64,000 nucleotides of DNA from Octopus sinensis (taxonomy: Eukaryota). The stretch spans positions 76,012,001 to 76,076,000 of the forward strand of contig NC_043001.1 of the NCBI RefSeq assembly GCF_006345805.1. Direction: 5' to 3'. Positions 53,905 through 64,000 of this stretch are shown here, piece by piece. The position numbers and the translations under genes are program-made. The notes below the pieces were generated by a model. The model made no database searches. It was not told the DNA's origin and saw nothing but the letters and a program-made list of their open reading frames with translations. Positions within the stretch are counted from its first letter, which is position 1. Every line of letters begins with the position of its first letter.

Positions 53905-53959
<55 letters not shown>

Positions 53960-53962
<3 letters not shown>

Positions 53963-54097
53963 TAGTTTTATTTTTATAGCGTGCTTTCACTTCACTACCG
54001 AGCGCAGCTCTGTGTGCCTTGGGTATGTGCTGTGATTTGTTGTGATGTTCTGATGGTTATTGTATGGAAAGTGTTCTGCGTAGGATGTGTGCAGTGC
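53960..54097 (-). mobile_element. R4/Dong-type LINE extreme 3' end with (TAA)n tail
   Basis: Minus strand TAHILRRTLSIQ-stop plus 3' UTR; (TTA)n at 53906-53959 on plus. Confidence 0.75.
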
Positions 54098-54211
54098 ATC
54101 TCATTTATAGATATCTGATTTACTACAATCTGTAATGTAAATGCCTTTTACACATAAGTATTATTATTATCATTATTATTATTATTATTATTATCATTAT
54201 TATTATTATTA

Positions 54212-55217
54212 TTACCTTCGCCTTAGCGAAGGCGGAGGTATTGTTTGCAGTCGTGTTTGTTTGTTTGTCTGTGGACAAGATATCTCAAGAACCGCTGGAT
54301 GGATTCAGATGAAACTTTCAGGAATGTTTGATCTAGTGACTGGCACGAAGTGATTAGATTTTGGGATCGATCCAGCACCAGACAAGAATTCTCGATTATT
54401 TGTTATATTTACTTTACATGAAGTATTACGATCCTTCGTTGACTCACAAGTCTGATTATCTCCCTTGAAAGCACGCTCATAGCTTCCACGTAAGTTATAG
54501 CGGCGTTGCAGTTTCTAAAGTTTTATTTTCGTTTCTTTATTACTAATTTTTCTTGCGTCTCTATCTTAGTAAGAAACTGATGGATAAAGAAATCAAAATA
54601 CATAAACAAACGGCAGCAAAATCGTTCAGAAATTAAGTAACACCAACATATTCGGTAACAATAATAAATCTAATTTATCCTCGACAATTTTTAGTTTTAC
54701 CCATTTTGAATATATCACTCCTGTTTAAAACTTCTTACCTACTTGACAATTGCATTTCTAGCTCTGCCTTGAAGGAAGATTTACTTCTCGGACTCACGTT
54801 TCTGTGCGCAACGATGTTGTTAAACCTCTGTTAACAGCGCCGTATGCAAACCCTTTCCGTTTCCTTTCACGCAAGGATAAATTTTTCACTATAGAACTTA
54901 ATGGTCGTAAAGTCACTATATCACTGGATAGACTAAAAAAGGCTTTCATAGAGAAAACTGTCCCTGTTCCCACTGCAGACGACATACACACAGCATTACA
55001 AACACGATCAGGTACCGGACGAGGATTCAGGATTATTTTTCTGTTCTTTACTTAACTTAATCTTTGAGAGCAGTCGGGTTCATTTTTAGTATTCGCGTTT
55101 GTGAGAGCATTCGACTTTATTTCAGATATTCTCATTTTAAAAATCATCTCCACCTAATCATTAAGAGGACGTTGGTGTTGCCTTGACGGAGGTTTGCGCT
55201 CTCTCAGTGCTCTTGTC
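54212..55217 (+). mobile_element. Helentron/DINE-like non-autonomous element carrying an insert
   Basis: 5' attaccttcgcc..ggcggaggt hairpin and gtttgtttgtctgt; 3' ccttgacggagg sub-terminal repeat followed by gcgctctctcagtgc hairpin; in TTA-rich flanks. Confidence 0.65.
54775..55010 (+). mobile_element. Gypsy integrase C-terminal fragment
   Basis: THVSVRNDVVKPLLTAPYANPFRFLSRKDKFFTIELNGRKVTISLDRLKKAF..QTRSG (GPF/Y-type region). Confidence 0.8.
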
Positions 55218-55221
55218 ATTG

Positions 55222-55275
<54 letters not shown>

Positions 55276-55276
<1 letters not shown>

Positions 55277-55472
55277 GGCGGCGAGCTGACAGAATCGTTA
55301 ACACACCATGCTCCGTTGCTACGTGCTGAATTCAAATTCCGCCGTGATCGACTTTGCATTTCAGCCTTTCGAGTTCGATGAAATAAGTACCAGTGGAGCA
55401 GTGGGGTCGATATAATCGACTGTCCCCTTTCCCCAAACTTCACACCTTGTGCCTACAGTACAAAGGATTATT
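55276..55472 (+). mobile_element. SINE family A in (TTA)n
   Basis: aaggcggcgagctgacagaatcgtta head. Confidence 0.8.
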
Positions 55473-55479
55473 AGTGCTT

Positions 55480-56472
55480 TTATTATTGCTGTTGTTGTTG
55501 TTGTAGTTATTATTATTATGTTTTTTCCTTCTTTCTTCAAATTTTCTTCCGTTTCTCGCCGAGTATTTTCCATACACCTAGGGCAGAGAATCTCATTGTA
55601 TGCATTCCCAGATTACACATGGAAATTCACAGATAAAATATGTATTTAAAAGTTAATAAATAAATGAGTTCATGAATGGATGTTGTTTTCACAGCGATAA
55701 TGCTCTTCTCAGTACATGAGCCGTTCCAGTTAATACGATTTTTTGCACTTCCTGTAGGGATGGTGAGCCTGGAATCATTTTCAAATAGGTTTCAGTACCT
55801 TTTTTTATCATTCCTAGAGATCCTACAATCACTGGTACTGTAGTCGCCTTGAGATGCCACATTTTTTCAATTTCTATTAGCAGGTCTTTATATTTACTAA
55901 TCTTGTCAAATTCTTTCGCCGCTATATTGTGATCGCAAGATGTCAATTAATAAACACATCTTTTTTGTCTGATCTTTTATAATAATATCCGGTTTGTTAG
56001 CTTTTATAGTCTTGTCGGTCTGTACGGGGAAGTCCCATAGAATCGACACATTTTCTCCCTCAGTCACAGCTTCAGGATGGTGTTTATACCATTTGTCAGC
56101 GGCTTTGATTTTATAATACCGACATATTGTCCAATGTAAATATTGGCCGACTCTGTCATGTCTTACTTTATATTCTGCAGGTGCTAAGACTCTACACCCT
56201 GAGATTAGGTGGTCTATTGTTTCAATCTCATCGTTACAGAATCGGCATTTTGGGTCAGCTCTATTTTTTATCACATTGGCTTGGTAGCTCCGGGTTAATA
56301 AGCTTTGGTCTTGAGCAGCTAATATGAAACCTTCACTCTCTGCTTTTAGCCCTGAGCTTCGTAACCATTGATGCGTTTGTTTCTGGTCGACATCAGCTTG
56401 TTTACTACGGGCCACAGGGAGAGGTTTCTGTTCCCATCTGCTAGCAAAATTTTCATGTGCTTTCGTCTTTAT
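55480..56472 (-). mobile_element. 5'-truncated R4/Dong-clade LINE inserted in (TAA)n
   Basis: CRFCNDEIETIDHLISGC, RHD, KPDIIIKD..LLID, K..KYKDL, GTAHVLRRALSL-stop at 55689; one frameshift near 55930; TAA runs at both ends. Confidence 0.92.
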
Positions 56473-56479
56473 ATTATTA

Positions 56480-56547
<68 letters not shown>

Positions 56548-56707
56548 GAGTGAGAGAGCAGTGCATGCCATCAAAGTGACACTGGGGTAAAATATACGAA
56601 GCCCAATATACCCATCATGACTACCCGTCTGATAAAGGTACACTAGGCACATGCATCACAACCATATGTGCGCGACATGGTGATCTCATATCACGATAAA
56701 CAGCACA
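56548..56707 (-). mobile_element. 160-bp unit between (TAA)n arrays, probably a Dong-type 3' UTR
   Basis: Position and orientation only; no coding homology. Confidence 0.4.
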
Positions 56708-56777
<70 letters not shown>

Positions 56778-56838
56778 GTTATTATTATTATTGTTGTTAT
56801 TATTATTATTATTATCATTATTATTATTATTATTATTA

Positions 56839-56883
<45 letters not shown>

Positions 56884-56940
56884 TATTATTATTATTATTA
56901 TTATTATAATCATCATCATCATCATCATTATTATTATTAA
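56708..56940. repeat. (TTA)n microsatellite
   Basis: Direct reading. Confidence 0.95.
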
Positions 56941-57497
56941 CTGCTAATGAAGGCTGGATATATGCATAAACAATGTCTTTTTGCCATAACCAACGACTGT
57001 ATAAATATATCACACAGAAACTCCCAAAACTGGACTCCAATATCTAATCATTGTCCAAGCTTAATTAGGTTATCTACGAAGCAAACCAAATAATACCAAA
57101 GTAGAAGATCCCCACAAGCCATGAATCCACAAACATTTTCCACTTTACAAGAATTAAGGACAACCCAGAATAAGAGTCGACAATATAAGAAATTCATAAT
57201 CGCGCATAATATTTGTGCATGCCAATTATCAGCTACCAAACAGATATCCCTCTGGTTTCGACACCTGGACAGTACCACTCTATCCGGCGGAGTCCTCGGC
57301 GTTAAAAATATAAACGCTGCCTAGGAATCCACCAGCTTATTACTAAATATTACTATATAGATTATATAAGTTTTATTCCATTGTATGTATAAAGTTCATT
57401 AATTTTCGTGTATGTATAAGCAGATTTAATTTTTCCCATATCAAATATTTAACGGTAATCGTACATTTTCCTTTCTTTCTTGTTCTCTCTTTCACTC

Positions 57498-57544
<47 letters not shown>

Positions 57545-57550
57545 GTACAT

Positions 57551-57582
<32 letters not shown>

Positions 57583-57599
57583 TACCGCCTTAAAAGTTG

Positions 57600-58800
57600 G
57601 ATATTTTCGTATAAAAACTAATACTTCTAATATAATATGGCTTTTCAGACTACGTAAGGCAACATCCATTGTACTACCGTCATATATTGATTTTTAAGGC
57701 AAGAAACGTAGGAATCCATTGTATTTATTATGATAATATGTTTCAACTGTGTGAGGAGCTTTTCCCTTAACCAGTGTATTAGTGAGAGTCTTCTGTTTCT
57801 GCATTCGATGACAGCAAATATGTTTGTCCATGTATATGTTTGAAGGGTTTAAAGTTAGTTTGTTCCTACACTTGACCTGGAGTGCATTTGTTACTTTGTT
57901 ACTTCGCTGAATGGTGCTTCATCTTTAGAAATCGTTAAGATTTGTTTGCTCAGGTTGGTACGTAGATCTCTAAGAGTGCATAGTGGGTGGTGTATACATC
58001 TGACTGAGTCGTTTGGTTTAATGTATGGTTGGAATCTTTCGTCGTTAAGGTGGAATGCTGACTATTTTAAGGTTCACGTCGTTGAATAGTTCGTTTATGC
58101 CTTTTCTTAACTTATTTGTTGGTTGCCCGTTTATATTTTTTAAAATTTCTAGACTGTCATCTCTATAAATTCCTCCGTTACTGGTGTGGAATTTGTTGTT
58201 TATTAAGCATAAAATGTATAATCCAATTAGATCTGAAATTTCTGCGGAATTTCTGACTACCAGACTTACATAAAAGAGATTTGTGTTGTCTTTTTCCGAT
58301 TCGTTTGCTGTCGTTATAGAAGAAAATTCTTTTCTTGGAGTGCATTATAATTTGTATGTTAAGGTCTGCCACAAGGTGGAGTTTTGTGAACTTTGTACCT
58401 TTTAATAATTGCTATTTAGTGATGAGTGGATAGAAGTCAATTATATCAAATTGGGTGAATGTATATTCTTGCTTCTCTGCAATACGAATAAACCAACTTA
58501 TAATTGAGGCACTGTTATTCTAAAGTGCTCAATGTGCTACTCAAGGACTTGTCAAAATGTTGTTCTTGAGTTTATCTTAAATGTTTTTACTAATTCTTCC
58601 TGATTTGGTTTTATATGGCTCTGGCTGCAAGGTTACCATGAGGTTGGGATTATTGTCCTTGTGAGTTACGTAAGTATTTTTCTTTATGTGCGGAAACTCT
58701 TAATTTATTAGCTTTTCTAAGGCTCGTTATTTATTTAATGTTAATAGATTTTTTTGTCGTCTTCAGGGAAACTGTTTGTAAATTGATTATTGTAAATGTT
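57600..58800 (-). mobile_element. Penelope-like (Poseidon-type) RT fossil
   Basis: FTQFDIIDFYPLITK, SAEISDLIGLYIL, GIYRDDSL, FQPYIKPND motifs in order, with frameshifts. Confidence 0.8.
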
Positions 58801-58859
58801 AAAGTTCATTTCTCATATGTCACTCATATGTTTCAAGGCATTATATATATATGTACATA

Positions 58860-59020
58860 ACAGGATTCTTTCAGTTTCCGTCTATTAATCCCACTCACAA
58901 AGATTTTGTCGGTCCGAGGCTACAGTAGAAAACACTTTCCCAATGTTTCACGCAGTAGGATTGAACCCGGAATCATATGGTTGGAAAGCAAATGTCTTAC
59001 CATGCAGCCACACCTGTGCC
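58860..59020 (-). mobile_element. SINE family B, head and core
   Basis: Reverse complement of the B consensus. Confidence 0.8.
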
Positions 59021-60124
59021 TTGTTTAAAAATTTGCAGAAAGCTCCTGCTAAACTACTTCAAAAAATTTTCAAAAGTCTCCACTCTAAAGTCTCAACTCT
59101 AAAGAATTGAAAGATAAAATTTAAGAATAACAATATTGAGCAACTACTGAACACACAGGCCTAATCTCTCTGGCTGTACATATCAGCAAATTGATGGAAT
59201 GGATTACCACGGATAAACTAATCACGTTCTGATAGAAAAATGACTTGGTGACTGACATTTGATATAGTTTCCGTCCGGAGAAAATCTGCCTCATATAGCT
59301 TCTATCGTGTTACGACTAGGTATTGAAATGTAGATACAATATACTTCCATTTAGCGAAGAACTTCGACCAAGTTAATTATGGAATAAGACATCACAAACT
59401 AAAGTTATCTCGTGTCAAAACGTATTCTCCATCATTCACCAAAAACAAACTACAGAAAAAAGGCTGCAGCAAAATTCCCATAAACATTCACCCTTCCTAT
59501 CTCTATCCATTCGGCCAATTACTTACATAACCACAAACCTCATACTTTTTTTTATTCTCGGCCACACCGTTCTCTCTTCAACAAGTTGTATATAATTTCA
59601 TTTTCTGATTTCTTAAATCGGCGAACGTTCTTGCCGCCAACAACCCCTTCATAATGATTCCTTTCCTCACTCTTTCTCTTTATCTCTCTCCCTCCATTTT
59701 TCTTCCTTACTCTACATTTCCCTTTCCATGTTTCTCCTTTCCTCTCCATTTTCCTCTCCACCTTTCTCTCCAACTCCGTCTCTTCCTTCCCCTCTCACAC
59801 CATTGTTTTGTTTCTCTATTTCTAATTTTTCCCTATTACAATGTATATAATCGTTCCATCGCAGTTTTTTGTATGTATCAGGCATTTCTACTCTTAAACC
59901 TAAATTCTAAATAGCTAGTCAATTGTTTATAATAAGTGTTTAAATCTTAAAATCAAAGTATTTATAAACTTTGCTTTCACCAAAATATAACACATTGTTT
60001 TCTTGAGCCTTAGGATTAATATGGCTGGTCACCTGTTTTTCCATCCGTATAAATTACCTAAATTAGAACACTCCTCCTGAATAGGACGACTGTCCATTGC
60101 AGGGCTCAAGGCCATCTTTTGAGG

Positions 60125-60290
60125 GAAGGCAATAAGTACTTGACTAGCATTTTATTTTATTGACCCCGACGGAACGAAAAGAAAAGCTGACCTCGACGAA
60201 ATTTGAGCTCAGAACATAAAGAGCCGGAAGAAATACCGCGAAGTATTTTGCCCGACGTGCTAATGATTCTTCCAGCTCGTCGCCTTATAT
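60125..60290 (-). mobile_element. SINE family A
   Basis: ccagctcgtcgcctta end (rc of head). Confidence 0.75.
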
Positions 60291-60729
60291 AGCTCTTATA
60301 TTAGCCTGTAATTTATAAGAAAGTTTTTAGTCGTATTTGAAAGGTAACAAGAAACTTGGAGTGAGAAATATGTATAGAAAACGGAACGAAAATTATGAAA
60401 ATCAATGAAAGAAAGTGGAAGCGGAAAATGAAACAGATTTAATGGGGGAAAACGCTGAAAAAGAATTTGAAAGCAAAGGAGCTTAAGAGAGACTAAAGAA
60501 GGATGAAAACTAGATGAGACAGACAATATAGACGAATAGTATGGGAAGGGGAAGTTGAGTGACCAAAACATGGTAAAGAAATTAGAAAAGAATAGAACAT
60601 TTTAAAGGCAATAAGTTGTGAACGAGAAATCAGTTGAAATATATAATTTTAAATAATAAGAAAGAAGGTGGGATTGAGAAGGGAGATAAGAAAACTGAAA
60701 AAAGTCAAATCGAAAAGAAGCTTTACTTC

Positions 60730-61110
60730 TTAGTACATGGTTTTGAATTCAGTTCCTCTACATTGCACTTTGAGCAAACGTCTTCAACTATAGCCCCGGA
60801 TTTGTAAGTGGATTTTGTAGACGAAACTGGAAGAGGCCCGATGTACGTATGCGTGCGTGCGCATGTTTTTGTATTTGTGTCTGTCTCCTACCTCGAATCT
60901 TTCAGCTTGACAAGCGGCATTGGTTTGTTTACATCCGCGTAACATTAGCATTTCAGCAGAAAGATAAATAGAATAGGTACCAGATTTCAAAAGCAAAAAG
61001 AAAAACAAAACATAAATACTGGCCGATTTATTACTCTAAAAGCCTTCAAAGCGGTGCTCTAGCATGGCCACAGTCCAATGAGTGAAACAAGTGAAAGATA
61101 AAAGATAATG
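60730..61110 (+). mobile_element. SINE family B
   Basis: Core plus tail gcggtgctctagcatggccacagtc. Confidence 0.75.
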
Positions 61111-61369
61111 ACCAAAACTGTCGGCAACTAATTGGCTACATTTTATTTTAAATTGTACCTGCTTTGTCAGTAAGCCAGAAATTACGTGCAGGGCTTCAGA
61201 TCTTGTACAGTCAAACAGGCTTCTTCTTTCTACATCTTTAGCACATTCATGAGATTAACAATGACCGGCTTTCAGTCAACCATGTATAAACACAGAAACC
61301 ATCTTATCGTTCTTTGCCTGTCAAGGCGCCATTATCTTTTTACTCCCAGCCCGTGATAACTTGACTGTA

Positions 61370-62134
61370 CGTATGCGTGTGTGCATGTGTGCATGAATGT
61401 GTGTGTGTGCTTGTACGTATGTGACGGCGTGCGTGTGTGTGTTTTTGTATGCATGTGTGTGTGTACCTGTGCATATGTGTGTGTGTGCATGAGATTATTG
61501 TGCGGTTGTGTATTTTATATAAATACATGTACGTTTCTTGCGTGTGTGTATGTGTTTATAGATTATTGAATTATGTGTATTTTATTGGAATGCATATACG
61601 TGTGTGTGTGCGTGTGTGCGTCCTTATAGCTGTATGTGTATATGAGTATGTGAGCGTATGTGTATGTGTGCATGTGTGTGTGTGTGTGTGTGTATGCGTG
61701 CATGTGTGTATGCAGATTATTGAATGATGTGTATTTTATTTGAATATATGTATGTGTGCGCGTGTGTGCGTGCTTATAGATATATATATATTTGCGTATG
61801 TGTGTGCCTGTGTGTGTGCGCGGGTTTGTGTGTCTGTATGTGTGTGCGAGTGTAGATTATAGCATGAGTGTTTAGTTTATTTGAAAACATGTATGCGTGT
61901 GTGTATGTATGTGCGTATGGGTGTGTGATATTTAGGGTGAGGGGCAATAGCATATTGTGTTTATATGGACGTTGTATGTGACTATATGTATGTATGCGTG
62001 TGAATAGGATATAAACGGTACGGATGTGAATGCGTATATGCATGTGTTGACTATTTATATGTATGTATGTATGTGTGTGTATGTGTATGAGTTTGTGTGA
62101 GTTCGCGTTTTTGTGTGTGAGAGTGTGTGAGCTT

Positions 62135-62167
<33 letters not shown>

Positions 62168-62240
62168 CGTGCGTGTGTGTGCGCGCGCGTGCGTGCGTGT
62201 GTGTGCGCGCGCGCGTGTGTCTATATTGTGTTTATATCCA
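61370..62240. repeat. Long degenerate (TG/CG/TATG)n tract
   Basis: Direct reading; explains CV-rich ORFs. Confidence 0.9.
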
Positions 62241-62934
62241 TGTTTGTATGTCAGCTGTAGAACAGATATACGGGTATCTTGGAAGTGAACACTTTAGCTT
62301 GGGTACATATTTAAATATGTACATATGCCACAATAATATTTACATATTTACACGCGATTTATACACACATACACACACTCACACACACACACACTCACGC
62401 ACACACAAATACCCCGACACCCACTAGCGCGCGCACGCACGCATTATATATTCTATTTCCATTATCAAGATTCCGTATCATATTCGCTAAAGACACAATC
62501 GTTTGATTACAAAATCTTCCGTTGCTCTTGTAAGTCGTTACAGGAGTCTCCTTTATCGAGACAGACATTCCACTATGTTATTTAAGTTCTTTAGTTTCTT
62601 TTAGCTTTAGCCATCACGCCCAAGACCAGGCTGTAGCCCTGCCTTCAAAAACTATCTTCAGAAGTAAAATAAATATTACACTAAAGTCTGTTTTGGCTTT
62701 CTAAATTTGATGAATAGTCGAGCGGTAAAAGAGCTCACTTCGCAATTAAAGGCTTCGGGTCCGATACCCCAGCGGCAGAATCTTAGCCAAGCGTTTTCTA
62801 CCAGAGACCTCGGTTGACTAATGCCACGTGGGTAGAATTCAGTCGACGGAAACTACGCAGAAGCCCATATATGTGTGTGTGTGTGCGTGTGAGTGTGTGT
62901 GTGCGCGTGCGCGGGAGCATGTGTATAATTCTTT

Positions 62935-63150
62935 ATCTTTTCTCTTTTAATTGTTTCAGTCAATGGACTGCCGCCATACTGGGGCTCTACCTTCAACAGT
63001 TTAGTTGAACAAATTGATACCAGCACTTAATTTTTAAAGTCTCTCTGCCCTTTCTACCGAACAACTACGTTACGGGGACGTAAATAAACCAACATCGGTT
63101 GCCATGCGGTGGTAAGGAACAAAAACAAACATAAAGACACACACACACAG
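62935..63150 (-). mobile_element. SINE family B, tail
   Basis: ttgtttcagtca..gactgccgccatactgg..gttacggggacgtaaa. Confidence 0.7.
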
Positions 63151-63256
63151 ATATATACATGCATATGTACATACACGCACAGACATATATGTGTGTGCGT
63201 GTATGTATATATTTTTTTTAATTTCCTTTCTATCAACACTTCAAATGTAAAATTCT

Positions 63257-63347
63257 TCCCTGAAGACGGAGGATGGTGTTATCCGATGATGGAATCAATT
63301 TACAATCATTATTTTCGACCACATAGCCCCCAGAAACAGCCGTTGGA
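63257..63347 (+). ncRNA. Long-loop hammerhead-like motif
   Basis: tcc-CTGAAGA-[66 nt]-GAAAC-AGCC-GTT-gga; stem II weak. Confidence 0.35.
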
Positions 63348-64000
63348 CTCGAAAAACTCTTATTCAACCCCTTTAATTCCTGATATGATTTCTATTCCCT
63401 GTAAGTCGGACCTTTTCAAATGTAAGCATATGTACATTTTCTGTATTATATGTGTAAGGATCTAGTTTGAACCTGCGTGAGATTTGAAACCAAATCCACC
63501 TGCTAGTTGCTTGTCAAAACGAGCAGGAATTTCCTCTCCACACCAGATGATTGATGGGGAAACATTCCCCCCTTAGGACCTGTGCTGGTCAAGAAAAGGT
63601 CAGTCCTTTGTTTAAGGTTTGACTACATTACTAACCATAGTCTATATAACAGAGAGAATTTTCTATCTCTTCCTCTTTTGTGCCAGCCAGACCAAAGAGC
63701 AACACCTACTCTTGCGTCAGTCTTAACCAAGAGCAGCTCTTTCCTTCGTCTTTCGCTCGATATGCGAAGTGAGGCTTTCGACTGCAAGAAAGGCGATGCA
63801 GCCTTAATCCTTTCTTCCTTTCTAGTCAGCACCATTCATTCCTTACGCTTTCACTCTTTACTGACAGACAAGCTTTTTCTATACTATCAACGACTAACCA
63901 GCGAGCCATCCTTGTTGTCACTATCACTAGAGTTGTTACTGTCTCTTTAACTACCCTACATTTACTTCTATACCCACTCAAGTTTAAATCTCTTGAGCAT

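Noticed and set aside
57255-57310. CCGAGGA...GAAAC on the minus strand near the PLE RT fossil
   Set aside because: No UH triplet or stems in register
63480-64000. Non-repetitive stretch with 122-aa and 70-aa ORFs
   Set aside because: No recognisable motif in any frame and truncated by the window edge

Overview
Eukaryotic, AT-rich and extremely microsatellite-rich DNA ((TA)n, (CA)n, (GATA)n, (TAA)n, (TATG)n). The SINE families and repeat spectrum look like an octopod cephalopod genome; this is pattern recognition, not a database result. I could not support any host protein-coding exon, rRNA, tRNA or CRISPR. Most listed ORFs are translated microsatellites and the rest are transposon relics, so this is probably intronic or intergenic DNA. 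DNA transposons: one IR/DR Tc1 (DD34E), three mariners (two full length, DD34D), a hAT fossil, Helitron and Helentron-like non-autonomous elements, and MITE-like foldbacks. Retroelements: RTE LINE fragments, several R4/Dong-type RLE LINE 3' ends tied to (TAA)n, Penelope-like (PLE) fragments, a Gypsy integrase fragment, and three tRNA-derived SINE families (my labels A, B, C). The most interesting signal is about a dozen minimal type I hammerhead-ribozyme-like motifs in unrelated repeat families. One has an intact core (34133-34202), a diverged relative shows compensatory stem changes (36732-36807), and one has a G3:C8-swapped core inside a foldback element (44116-44166). All ribozyme calls come from manual folding and are untested.
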